A stretch of DNA of 64,000 bases from the NCBI GenBank assembly GCA_000708835.1, contig DF237431.1, positions 6,590-70,589 on the forward strand, written 5' to 3'. Source of the DNA: Klebsormidium nitens. Lineage: Eukaryota > Plantae > Klebsormidiophyceae. How positions within the stretch are numbered: the first letter of the stretch is position 1; every line of letters starts with the position of its first letter. The notes below the pieces were generated by a model. That model ran no database searches. It had not been told where the DNA came from and saw nothing but the letters and a program-made list of their open reading frames with translations. A program made the position numbers and the translations under genes. This document shows, piece by piece, positions 11,852 to 23,961 of this stretch.

Positions 11852-14800
11852 ATGGCTTCAAGCATGTCAGAGGAGTGCTCTGACGAGGCATTGGAAGGAG
11901 AGGTGTCCAGTCCATCTCAAGAATCATCTGAGCCCCATACCAGCAGTGGGCAGCACATTCCTGCTAGTTCTTCCTCAGATCTGTCTCCTCAGGAAGAGGG
12001 GGCTCTGGGGTCAGACAGTGAATCACAGGCAGCTGACTCTGAATCTGCGAGTCCTGAGGTTGTAACTTATGATGCCCAGGGTAGGCGGGTGGTCAAGAGA
12101 CACCGTCCAGGGACTCGGGAGGCAGCCAACAAGCGAGCAAACTCTGGGAACCAGCACGATGGGTCCCCTGACTCCGGTGGAGCTGGTGAAAGGGGGAGCA
12201 GGCAGTCCGAAGATGAATCAGACGGTCACAGGGAAGCAAGGGCAGTTGAAGCTGAACAGCGTGCAAGGGCAGAGGCGGTCAGGGCTGCGGCCACAGCGGC
12301 TGCCATGGCAGACTACTTTGAGGGGGGCGAGCCTTGCTCTGATGAAGGTTCAGATGGGGAAGAAAATTTTGCGGAACCGAGGCCGACGAGGTGGAGACAG
12401 CGTACAGCTGCGGCTTACGACCAGTACAAGGAGCAGCGTCCATGGCTTGCGCGAGAGATGCTGAGAGCGCATGCTGTCCCAGGTGCTTCAGTACAGTGTA
12501 GCAGGTCTGGCTGCAGCAGTCCGGTCGCCATCAAGTGTAGGACGTGTGGGCTTGTTTGCGCTTCTTGCGATCAGGATCTCCACCCCCATGCTCACTTCCA
12601 TCACCGTTGGTCTCTCCGGGAGGGGCACTGCTGGATGCCCATTGGTCCAGATGTTGAGCTTAGGGAGGGCAGCTTGACCCGGGTGGCAAAGGTGTTCCCG
12701 CAGCCTCCAGCGCAGCCGTGCGAATCTTGTCAAAAATGTAATTGGGGTGCAGCTGAATCAGCCCACGAGCCTCTGACAGTCGTGACGCTGGAAGGTCGCT
12801 TTGAGTTCTGCAAAGCTGTGCACCCTTGCTGCACAGAGGGGTGTAAGAACCGCGTTCTCCAGGGGTGTCCGGCGTTTGTGCAGCTAGGCTTTTGGCCGGG
12901 CACTGTGGCAAAGCTCAGGACTGTGTACGAGATCGGGATGCTGGAGCACTGGGCGACGGCAAGCAAGGCAATGCCTGGCTCCTCCCTATCAGCCTTCGTG
13001 GGGGTGCTTGAGGAGACCGGAAGAAGGCAGGGCAGGGTAAGGCTTGATTTGAGCTGCTTTCGCTCGCTCCCATTTGTACTTGCTCGCTCCCATCTACGAA
13101 ACCATGTCCTTTCTGGCTGAAAGGGATAACTTGGGCGTTTGTAACGTTTCCACCTTTTGGTTGCTTTAAGAAGACCACGTGACATGCAACGTATGGTTGA
13201 TATAAAGTAGGAACTCGATGTTCCTTTCACCAAAACCTGAATAATCCGCAGGTGGCAGATTCATTGATCTCCAGTGCAAGTTGAAACGGATCTTTTATAC
13301 CCACTTGCTTGTTGGACAAAAGAGTCATACGGTTTTGTTTTTAATCCTTCACATAATCTTCTGTGTAACCAAGTTCTGCACATAGAAGCTTGCAATGATC
13401 ATCATCGACCTCGCTTTTCAGAGTAGAAGTTACTGATCTTTTGCGAAAGCATACTCTGAAAGGAGGTTCTGCCGGGTGACTTCGGTGCACCCTCCTCTAA
13501 GGGTTGAAGAAAGGTTTGCTAACTCCTGCCACTCCGTTTAGAGAATGATTTCAATGAGGCACTATACATGCCTCAGCATCTCACTTCGTCTCCTTGCTTA
13601 TCCTCAGGATGCTCCGATCAACCGCCACACCATGTCGCTGGCCTTTGGGGAGTTCAAGTTCGCGCGCTTCGAGCTGAAGTATCTCAACGCTCACCGCTCC
13701 GGTCTAGACTGCCCGGCGTGCCACAGGCATCCGCACTCGTGCATGTGCGACGGGAACCACAAGCTCTACCGGTGGGATCGCGCCTACGAGGTGTTTCGCC
13801 AGTGCTACTACGGTGACCTCCTTCTCTACAGTGATGCAGACGTGCAACAGAGTCTGGCTCACTTGGACCTAGCCATGGGCAGCCGGCCCCGTGATACATG
13901 CTGCGGAACCGGGGAGTGGAAAGCGGCCAGGGACTCGAAGAGTGCCATCCGGGGTCAAGCAGAGACCGGGTGTGTACTATGCGGGTGTCGCCACCAGTTT
14001 GCGATGAAGGGCGTGAACATGCAATACAGCGGCGAGCGCTACGGATATGCCTACTTCCTGGACCGCCACTTTCTGCAGCAGAAGGGGGTGAAGTTTATCT
14101 ACCAGGACATCATTTGCAAGTACTTCCCCTGGCGGGAGAAGGTGCGAGAGAAGATGGGGCACGGGGACGGTGGCGGTATTCGGCCTGCCCTGAATCTTAT
14201 GCATGGAAAGCTCCATTCGTGGGAGTGCCAGGTGAGATTACTTGAAGACCAATTTTGGAGGTATATATCAGTGAACAAGCGGTGGTTTAATATGTCTCTT
14301 TGTTGGTCCCTCTCACCATGTAAAAACATTTCAAGGCAGCCGACGACATTGGGTACTTTTTGAAAGTCAGACCTGCTTCCTTCTTGGGGCAACGTTCTCG
14401 CTTCTAATCGGATACGAATCCGGTTGAGTGTCCTGATCGGCCGGCAATCAATTGGTTTAGCTCGAAAAACCAGGAAACCTGTTGCGCTTTACAGATGCTG
14501 ACGTGGCAGAAAAGTGAAGTTGAACGATTATCATGTTTTCTGCCTTTGTTCTTTCTCTTCAAATGGACAATAACCTGCCGGATATATTGTTGCGGGCCCT
14601 GGAGTAGAAACGTTTCTGCCGTTGATTGTGAATGGTCAATCGAAGCAACCCTTAATGAGGTGCCTACGTTTTGCTTCATCTCCACCGTAGGTACTCTTTG
14701 GAGGACTTTGGCAGGACGGTGCGGGCGCGGGCTCTGGCGAAGACATGGAACTCCTCTTCTCCTACCTCTCACGACTCGGCATCATCACAAAGCTGATGGG

Positions 14801-16969
14801 AGCAGCAAGTAAGCACACACGCATAACCCAGAACATGGATGCTTTGAGCCGATTCAGATAGTTTTGCAAAGAATTCCGCAAGTCCAGGGCCTCCGTTAGC
14901 ATTGTCTTCAAGTTCGCGCTGCTCTTTTGAACAACTTCCTGCACGTTTCTCTAGAGTCCCTTATGCTGCCATTTGCACGCATGCACCACTACAAGTGTCT
15001 TTAATGAAGAGTTCTTCAATCGCAGACTCATTAAAAACTTGTTCCATGTTTTCGCAGGACGAGCCGAGGCGATCACCGAAGCAGCCTTGTACTACAACGA
15101 GGAGAAGCTCCGGCATCTGGCACAGTCGTTGGCAAGGAGGTATGCCTCTGAAATTTTCACAGCTGAACCCACATGAAATCTGCATAAGTTGATCACCGAC
15201 GATGCAAGCTCTTGATCCAACGCCAAATAATCGCATTTGTTTTCCAGAGTTTTTGCCACAGCGCTCCGTGAATGACCTGATCAGTGAACCATCTTTTGCA
15301 AAGTTTCGATCTGGTCGTTTTCAATACGGTTTATATGCGATGGACAGGGTTACCAGCTTTATCAACCAGTTGTTTCACCGCATTTGAGTTTGTCCGTATG
15401 ATTTTTGAGCTGAGCACATCATTTCCTATGTCAAACGGACCCCTTTTTAAATGTCGTATGTAGGCCCTGTCAAACGTGGTGCTCCAATTCTGATTGTTCC
15501 GAGCTATTTGCGTATTTCGAGTTTTAACTGATCATTCCCGTCGTTCTTGGTCGGGCAGGTACGAGGAGTGTCTCAAGCGACTAGGCGATGCGGCCGTAGC
15601 GCTGGAAACCGCTTGCCGCGACATACTCGGTGTGCCGGCTGGTGAGGTGCCGCTAGAGCAATTCGAGGAGTGGAAGGCGGGGGTGCAGGAAGCTGCTCGG
15701 CGGAAGCTAGACCGGACGCTCCATCAAAGGTCAGACGGGGTTGAGTACTTCGCCCTGTACACCGAGTTGGAACTTGCACGGGGGCTGGAAGAAATCGCGG
15801 ATTCGGAATCATTTTCGGATGGTGCTTTGTGCTCGGAGAAGGTACAGTCAGTTCAGCAGCTTACAGCGGAGATGTTGAAAGACAGAGCTTCGAAAGAGAA
15901 GAAGCTGCTCGATCTCGGGAAGAAAGTGTTTGGGGCGGACTATGTCGAGAGGCGAGGTAGCCCCGAGCAAGAGCGCTTTCTGCGGGAAGCCAGAGTGCAG
16001 CTAGCGGAAGAGACGATTCAACAGCTGCAAATTGACCTCGAAGCCCAGCTCCACTCTCTTGAACGTTACAAATTGCGGGTTTCGAAGGAGGCTGACTCGG
16101 CCAAAATGAGGGCTTCTCTCCGAAGAAAGGAGGGCGAGATCAAGAAGCAGATTGTCGCTGCGGTCGGGCGGTACAACCGGCTGCTCGACCTGCAAATCTC
16201 GCCGAAAGAGCGGGATCGTGCTGATGCTGATTCTCTTCTGGCCGGCGAGGAGCTGCCTTGGTCATTCGAGGGGTGCGTGGACCCGAGCTTCAGAGTTGGG
16301 GTTTCGATGCATAGGACTGTGGAGTTCAGGAAACAGCTAGAGTTATTAGACGCTTACAATAGGCTACGCCGCTTGGAGGAGGAAGAGCTGTTACTGAGAG
16401 CAGAAAGGGATAATTACCTTACTTATTACACGGAACTCGTAGCGTCCTTAGACATGCAGATTGCTGAGGCTCAGGAGAGTGTTCGTAGGGCTGGTACGAC
16501 TCCTCGACCAACCTTTGAGGCCGTTGCCCAGTCGGGTAGGTACGTTGCTCCCGCCACTCTTTTGTGGTCTGATCAGGATGCATCAAGTGGTTTCCTTGCC
16601 ATTCTGTCGGCGGCGCGGTTCGAGGCTCTAAAGTATTTGAGACTGGGTCGGATACAATTTGGTCAGGAAACAAGCACACGGGCAGCGGGCAATGAGTCGG
16701 ACGATGTGTACGCCGAAGTAGACCCTGAAGGGTTGCCAACAGGTTTAGGAGCTGCGCCAGAACCGGAGGCGTCTTGGTCTGAAAACGTAGTGAGCCCGCT
16801 TCGGATCTGGCTACTAGCTAGGAACCTTGACGGTCATTTGCCCCCCGAGGTCATAGAGAGTTTGAATCTTGACGATTTGAAGTGGATGACCAACACGGAT
16901 CTGGTACACTTAGGCATGTCGTTAGGCGCTCGGTTAAGGTTCCTAGACGCCATTAAAACCCTTGCTTAA
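11852..16969 (+). CDS. KDZ transposase (B-box-like/CxC3-like Zn clusters + KDZ catalytic domain + helical region + C-terminal SAM domain), 1139 aa predicted
   Basis: join(11852-13036,13608-14231,14691-14808,15058-15139,15559-16969) = 3420 nt, all GT-AG and in frame. Motifs: CxC3-like LGFWPGT...PGSSLSAFVGVLE; KDZ CPAC...CDGNHKL, CGCRH, YQDIICK, MHGKLHSWECQ, GAGAGSGEDMELLFSYLSRLG, YNEEKL..L...L.RRY; SAM-like LRIWLLARNL...LNLDDLKWMTNTDLVHLGMSLGARLRFLDAIKTL. Confidence 0.9.
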
Positions 16970-18297
16970 ACCGTTTGCTGAGATCAATAATCTCGGATTC
17001 CGAAGTTTTGAGCACTTCATCCGAGTTTCAGTGTCAAGGCATAGTGGTGACCGAGTAGAACTTCGGAAGTTCTGGACCATACCGTACGAGAACGTCATCA
17101 CTGGTGCATGCATTTCGAGTCCTGTCAATGCACAGTGTTGGCGGTGCAATTAATGAACAGATTGCCGCACAAGTCCGGACTCTATCGACATGGCCGGGCA
17201 CTTAATTGCTACTTCGTGCCTTGCCAACTTTGCCTCAATGTTGCGTGCTCCAATGTTGGTAAACATAGACAAGCAATGGTTTTAGGAACAAGCTATAGCA
17301 TGTGCCAGCATCATCTGACGGAAGATGCCAAGTACTGCAGTAATTGTACAATTGAGTATTGAGCAGGCATAGAATCCAATTTTAACTCGAATGCCTGCAT
17401 TATCGGCCGGAACCATGCAAGGGTGCCGCAGTCGGGTAGCTTCACCAGACTTTATTGCGGAATTCGTTTGTTACTAGGGTATGGTATGCGGGCTGGATCA
17501 TCGATCCACCATGTGCATATATGTGCAATCAAGTCGAGCACACGAAAAGCCCTACTCTTACCTATTGCACACTGACAATGATATATGGCATGGATGCAGT
17601 GCGCACGTACGTTTTAGGATCGATTGTGGTCTTGAAGTTCTTGATTGCGTATCAATGAGTCCATGATGCCAGCATGCACATATTCTTATGAAAATGGATG
17701 ATTATGATGCATGATCGTGGATCCAACATGACCCTACGTCCATAACTATACTGAGAAACTAGAGAGCTGACGATAAACTCGCAGTGCACGGTTGTATGTT
17801 GGTATAGTATAATCAAGCAGCTCGATCGGACATGAGTATGATCGATATAGGTAGGCATATGCAAACATGTAATTAAGTTGAAGGTAGCGGCCAACTTGTA
17901 GAAGACAGCTCAGTGTTGAGTCTGTATTACCGAGTACGACTCGAGCGAGGCTCGACTAATTGAGATTCGCATGGCTGCACATGAGCTACTAGTGGGCACC
18001 GACTTCACAATTGAAAATGTGTTGCTGCTTTGCCGTGCCACCTTAATGCTTCCAGGCGCGGTCCGATGATTAAGTCTGTCACGAAGCTACTGTGTGTGGA
18101 CTCGGGATCGTTTTTAAGTACTCATTGAGGTTCGGCATCATGGGTTTGATCGAAGATGCTGAGGGCCTGTCAGCTAGTGCCAAACTAAGTTGTCGCTATG
18201 TGCACCATCATGGGCAGAGCTTCGAAAATTCAATCAGATGTCATTACTCATGCACACATTGAACGAGCTTAGCAACGTCCAAACGTTACAATATATC

Positions 18298-19076
18298 CTA
18301 GGGTCCACTGTTTGCCCACTTTTTCACGGCTACTTTAAATAACATCCGAGGACCAGCCTTGTCCCCGAAAATCGAGTTCAACCAATCTTTATCATCAATC
18401 AACTCTTTCAGACTCGCTTCATCCACTTCCCCAGATTCTAGACACGCAAGAACCTTGCTCCTCAGGGTCTCCTCCATATTCAAGGAGGCTACAAAGCTAC
18501 GAAGGCTTTGTGGCAAGCTATACGACGAGCTTGAAGGACCGGGAACACTAGCAGTATTCGGCGGTCCATTAGCTGAAGTGTGAGCCTTGCTCTGGTCGCC
18601 TTTTGAGGTTTTCTCCTCGCTCTGATCTTTCTTCGCTTTCTTATATACCCTTAAGGCCCTTTTGTACGACTTCTGGACGTCATCGCTGCCAACCCAGGAA
18701 CTGCCGAGGTCTCCGAAACCCAGAAAGTGAGCTTCCTTGCTCTTTGACTCTGCCTTCCTTCCTACCTTTCCGAGAGAGGCGCCGGATTCCGTTGAATCGT
18801 CATACCAGACCAAGCTTGTTTGAAAACCTTTTTCGGACAGAAGCATAAGGTCGTCTTTGATCCGGCGTATGATTCCTTTTGTGTCTTTAACGGCGCTCAC
18901 TTTCTTTTCTCGTTTCTCCTCCTGAGCGCGTCGGCGGAAGCTTTTGACGTCGAAGCCGCACGTCTTGCACTTGTTTGCAGCGGACGGGACCAAACCGGGG
19001 CAAGGGGGTATTGTATTGCTGGGGCAAGGGCGTTCCTTCGGAGCAACTTTCTTTGACTTGCGAGCGGGAGAAAGAC
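18298..19076 (-). CDS. Terminal exon of a transposon cargo gene: basic linker, Zn-ribbon-like Cys motif, C-terminal SAM-like domain
   Basis: Acceptor (ccgtttcag) at 19077 and an open frame to the stop at 18298: ...KERPCPSNTIPPCPGLVPSAANKCKTCGFDVKSFRRR...SLRSFVASLNMEETLRSKVLACLESGEVDEASLKELIDDKDWLNSIFGDKAGPRMLFKVAVKKW. The tail fits the SAM pattern (L.sL.l......f....id...L..L...dl......G.R..i..ai). Confidence 0.7.
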
Positions 19077-20935
19077 CTGAAACGGCATGGATTGATACGT
19101 CAAGTTATGTGCGAGGCACTTCGCGCATAACGCTTAGAGCTCCAAAGAGGTTCTCTCGAGCCAGCTGGAAACGGAAAGGCCCGCTCGTTCGAGCTTGAGC
19201 ATGCGCTCACACAGAAGTCGGCAGCCAGAAAAGCATCGCAGGCTGCCTCAGACCACGAGCTGTCCGCAAGGATGTGGATCATTTCAGGTGGATGCCTTCA
19301 GTGATCATCCGAGGGGTTCGAGAAGTCTTTGCCCCAAATGACGTTCTTGGCAGCCCTCTAACTTCCCATCGCTAGCCAGTTTTTCTCTTTCCTGCCCCCG
19401 ACTTCCTGACGAAGGAGTGTCCCCTTTTTGCAAGTTTCCACCGCTTTGAACGAGTCAAAGCATACAATGAACATTGAGAAGCGCGATGTGCCAACTTTTG
19501 GACCTCCGGTAGAGAGCCTAACAAAGGGATCACTTGCGGCGGACTTCTTTCTGGTGAACTCTCGTGAGATGACACCAGGGACTCACCAGGACTCGTTGAT
19601 GGCTTCGGGGTTTCGTTCGCATGCCGGCTTGTTCTTCTTGGAGAAGTCCACCTTTCCCTCCTCTGTCCGGGGCTGCTTACTGGGGCTCCGGTCTCTGTAC
19701 CAGACAGGGCCGAAAGAGAAACGAGGTTTGCAAGAAACGAAAGTGCACTGATTGGGAAGTGATGGCCAGTCGCAACATCGTTGAGATACAAACGACGCTG
19801 AAACCATATTGTTGAATTCTGAAGGTATCGCATCAACCACAATTGTCGACATCGAACCCCTTTTCTTGATCCACTTCCAGTTCCCCTTTTTGGGCCGGCA
19901 TCAAATACCGTTTGAAACAGATCGAGGAGCGTAACTGGTCCTTAGGCGTGGGAGTTTCCAGCGTTAAAAAAGAGAGAAGTCCATATATGCTGCCCCTAGT
20001 CTAGGCTTGCCAGATGTTTGCAAGGTTCTCGGCTGAGTTGCTGGGCTGTGTAAATAAAGGATATACAATGACACCCAGAGTCCTCCCCAGTATTGGCTGA
20101 CCCGAAGTCCAAAAGATCCGGTGTGAAGCATAATTGTTGGGCCCCTGATCATACGAAACCGTTTAGGACTGCCAACGGTAGGAACGGAACGGCTCTGATC
20201 TGCTTCAATTTTGAAGTAGCCACGGCCATTAGGAGGGACTTACGAGACGGTGGAAACGATGAAGGGGTAGGATCAGGCCCGGTCGGTCTCCGAGGAGACA
20301 TCCGCCGCTCCTCTGCTTGGGGAATGTCCGCAGTCTGAGAAGGTCCCCCGCCTGGAGAGAAGAAACACCGGGCCAGGTTTAGAAAGGGGACGTACATCGT
20401 TGTCGAAGTTCGATCGCTGCGAACGAAGGCGCGCTCGGCCAGCCCAGCTCGCGCGATGAGCCTTAGAAGCTGGGCCAAGAAGAAACAGCTTGCTTATATC
20501 TCAAAATACCCAGAAAATAAAATGGAAATTGAAAGACTACATGATGCTGCCCGCACGGTTTAGCACTGCCAAGGCTTCCACAGCAAATTCCACTTTGCCC
20601 AATCATGGAGAAGAGGCCACACTTCTGATGTGCGCAACCATAGAAAGTCAAAGCCGAAACTCAAATAACTACCGCTATTTCCATTACGGGACATCTTAAT
20701 AACGTAAGCGAGATCTGAACTGATGATGACAATGGCATTATTAATCTCCGCCTCCAGATCAGCTCAAATGATTGCTGAGATGCAGCGAGTAGGGGAACTG
20801 CACATGTAAGCGTTCTCCCTCACCTTCCTTCGCGGTTGACCCGGTGGTCTCATTTGCCTTTTCGGGAGATTGTCCTTTGTCCGCTCCCAAACCGGCGGAC
20901 TGCGATAGCGGCTCCGCTCCTGAAAAACGGTGTTT

Positions 20936-20989
20936 CGGTTTAGAAGCGTGCGATGTGTGCATCGGTTTAGAAGCGTGCGATGTGTGCAT
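20936..20989. repeat. Perfect 27-bp tandem duplication
   Basis: cggtttagaagcgtgcgatgtgtgcat x2; length is a multiple of 3. Confidence 0.95.
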
Positions 20990-22697
20990 CAAAAGCCAAG
21001 CCGGTGGATCAAACACAGATAGTTGCAGACTCTTCAAAAGCTCCAGCACGGGACTCCTTTCAAAGACGATAAAGAGTGGAAAAGGAGCAAAGGGGGAAAC
21101 AAGGAGGTCAAGCAAATCCTGAAGGCTGATGGCTCATTCGCAACAGCTGCTCCAAGCTCCCGAGAGATTACTTACGAGAAGATGGAGTAGTAACCCCTTC
21201 GGGGCTCTCGGTCCGCTTTGATGTGCTAGGACCTTGTGCAGGACCGTTTGCAGCACTACGATGCATCTCGGGGAACAGAGACGCCCCTGAAGGAAAGGGT
21301 TGAGTGTTTAAAAGCGGACAGACTACCAAGTCAATGAAGTGGGGCAGGCCACCAGAATAATTAAGGTTACCCAAATCCCCCAAGTGCAGATATCTAACTA
21401 TGGCGGCTCTAAATCTTATCACGAGGCACTCGACCGATTGGAGAACGACCTTGAGCACTACGAAGTGAAACAATCGAGCACAGCTTGAGCTTTCCGCAGG
21501 TCACAACTCACGTGGTGACCTTCGGACAGAATGCACAGGCTGTGGAGCTGGTGACAAGCTCCGCCGGTTGGCTGCGGGAGATGTTGGCGAAGCACGAGCT
21601 CCCTTCTTGTCAGCTGCAAATAGTTGTAAACATGTTTGAGACTCTAATATATGGAACCAAGACCAGGCATCCACACAAGTCTCTTCTAGGGTAACTGTCT
21701 GCTTGAGATCTGCCCTACTAGAAAACCGAAAGAGAGTACTTCCTTGCTTGAATTCCACTGAAAACTGAGAGCCCGCAACAAGCCTGCTCAGATTGTCGAG
21801 TAACAAAATGCCCCTTGCCCCCTGCGCTCATGTCTTCTGCGAGGCCCAATAGAGGACCAGGTAAACAAGCAGACGTTTCGATAGAGAGCAAGCCAATTGG
21901 ACATCAAACTGCTTCTACCTCGTGTGAGTCCGTTACTAAATCTCAGATGATCGTTACATCTAATTTGGAAGCAGTAGAAGGACAGATTGGCTGATGAAAC
22001 ACCTTTTCAAGAGAGCCCAGTTCATTGATACTTTGCAGCCCAAGAAACAATCAACCGGCCGCCCTTCGGGCCTTCAGTAGATAAAAGCTTTTGGATCAAC
22101 TGGGAATTCGTTGCTTTACATACCCGAAGAGAACAGGGCCACCGGTATACAAAGAACATGCCTTTGCAGAGCAGTAGCTATTATAATAATTGAGTCTGCA
22201 CGCAAGAATGGTGGCCACTCACCTGCGCCGCTTGGCTCCGTGTCTTTCGTTTTCCGCTTTGTCATCTTGCTCCGCTTCTTTTGTACGACTGATGGGGCAC
22301 CTGCGCAAGCAAACCTCAAAGGGTGTGAACAAGCTGATCTGTGGACTGCCACAAACAAAAGCAACTTGACAGGCGACGGCGTCGTGCTTGAACAAGTTTG
22401 AGAAAGTCTCTTTGTCAATGGCAACTGCAACATGAAGTGAAGGTTCCCTGCTGGCATGTCTGCTTGTGCATTTGTTTTGCTGCCCAAAGCCTTGAACATC
22501 GGAAAGGAGACACTTGAGCTTGATTTGTAAGCATGTCACTGACCTGGCACCACCTCTTTATGACTCTTTCCCAACTCGCTCGCTTTTCGCTTTCTCCCCT
22601 GCGTTTCTGCAGTGAGCAAAACACCTGGATCAAAATCCAACCCTTTCTGCAATGGTCCTTCGAAACTTTGGAAGCTTACATCCTGTACATCGCATCC

Positions 22698-23444
22698 TCA
22701 TCGCATACGACGCGGCTGCCGTCGAAAACCGTCAAGCGAGTGACAATAGCATGCACCACTGGCATTCAGGTATTCAAGTTGGCCAACAGAATGTACAATG
22801 GCAAAGCATGTAAGACCGTGTTCCAACCTCCAGAAAGTTGTTTGTATGCTGTCTGGCGACGACTCGATTCTGTCACAGCATTGTGCAAGACGATACTGAC
22901 AGCAAACGATGAATGCTGAGAGCTTTTTGAACTGATGCAATGGCCCGATTGTCGCTGACTGCTGACCTGCGCTGCCGTCACGTGCGGTGCCAGCTGCACA
23001 CTCCTTCACAAAAGCTTGAAACCCGATTCTTTCATCTTTTTGAATACTTGAGACTTCCGCCATCTGCTTGTCATTGTATCCCAGTTTCTCCTGCAGCTTT
23101 TCCCAACAGTTGGGTGCTTCCTCCAAAGGCAAGCTTGCCACCTCCACGCTAATTGCTCTAAAGACGTTGGCCATGTGCACTAAGCTAACATTATGTTTCC
23201 TGTGTATCCTGGGAAATGAGTTAGCTGGTTTCCCAATCTTCTTCCAGTAGAACTTAATGTCATCCTCTGTGATTGACAATGAAATGTCCTCCTTAATGTT
23301 GGCGGAATGTGCTGCCATCCCGCTTCCCTGCTTCGTCTTGATTTCTGAGTGGGCAAACGTTGCGGCAACAACCCCAGCACCAGCAGCACATCCACCCAAT
23401 CCTTGTACCGTGGTGCTAATTAATGCAGCATCAGATTGCTCCAA
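22698..23444 (-). CDS. Probable 5' coding exon(s) of cargo gene(s) just inside the right TIR; product unknown
   Basis: 248-codon ORF starting ~140 bp inside the right TIR, with protein-like helical composition (DDIKFYWKKIGK...NCWEKLQEKLGYNDKQMAEV). Further minus-strand splice-flanked segments lie between 19300 and 22700, but I could not join them unambiguously. Confidence 0.4.
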   Translation of the reverse strand: MEQSDAALISTTVQGLGGCAAGAGVVAATFAHSEIKTKQGSGMAAHSANIKEDISLSITEDDIKFYWKKIGKPANSFPRIHRKHNVSLVHMANVFRAISVEVASLPLEEAPNCWEKLQEKLGYNDKQMAEVSSIQKDERIGFQAFVKECAAGTARDGSAGQQSATIGPLHQFKKLSAFIVCCQYRLAQCCDRIESSPDSIQTTFWRLEHGLTCFAIVHSVGQLEYLNASGACYCHSLDGFRRQPRRMR

Positions 23445-23582
23445 GCAGGGAAGCTGGCGGCACCTTCTAGCTGGCCCACTCTGATTCTGAAGCCAAGCCT
23501 TCCCAGTCAGATGGTTCAGATTGCATGCTGAGGGTCAGGCTGTGCCACCCAACATGTGAGCTGGGGTTCTCGATCTTAGTTA

Positions 23583-23732
23583 CCGTCGTCGTCGTCGGTT
23601 TCCAGAGGCAAAATCGGACGGTAACTCGAATTTCTATTTGGGGACTCTACCGTTTCAACTTGGTCGGTGTATCGATATCGATGCCTTGGACTTAACCGAG
23701 GAATCGTCCATTTCAAAGGAGAGACTGGGTTG
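23583..23732 (-). repeat. Right terminal inverted repeat
   Basis: Reverse complement caacccagtctctcctttgaaatggacgattcctcggttaagtccaaggcatcgatatcgat... aligns with the left TIR. The ORF track also shows near-identical spurious peptides (NPVS.LKWTI.RLSPRHRYR..DQVETV) at both places. Confidence 0.9.
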
Positions 23733-23961
23733 TCCTCAGAGACGATTTTGAATTTCCCACTTTTGAGATTTGACCGTTTCCTTTTGGACCCGGAGAAATC
23801 CTCGTATGAACACAAGAAACAATTGAATATGTGCCGAAGGTAATTATGAGACAGGCGCTTTGTAGAGCGTTTCTACTTATATTATCTTTTAATTCTAAAT
23901 TGGTCCATTATCCGATCCGCACAAAGATCTGCGGGTTCCGGAACCTAGATGAACGCCAATT

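Larger units (their letters stand above)
11502..23732 (+). mobile_element. KDZ (Kyakuja-Dileera-Zisupton)-type DNA transposon, 12,231 bp, with transposase and convergent cargo gene(s)
   Basis: Inverted repeats starting CAACCCAGTCTC at 11502 and ending GAGACTGGGTTG at 23732 enclose an intact CxC+KDZ transposase. No target-site duplication was found. Confidence 0.85.

Noticed and set aside
16961-16975. Programmed frameshift linking the transposase to the downstream Cys-rich frame
   Set aside because: No canonical slippery heptamer or evident downstream structure; the overlap is a few nucleotides only.
21808-21852. RING-like peptide MPLAPCAHVFCEAQ on the plus strand
   Set aside because: Only a 14-codon fragment, lacking the other Cys ligands and supporting splice context.
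17400-23500. TET/JBP dioxygenase cargo, as often found with fungal KDZ elements
   Set aside because: I found no HxD...H...R 2OG-Fe(II) motif set in the cargo frames I could read. Because the exon structure is unresolved, this is not fully excluded.
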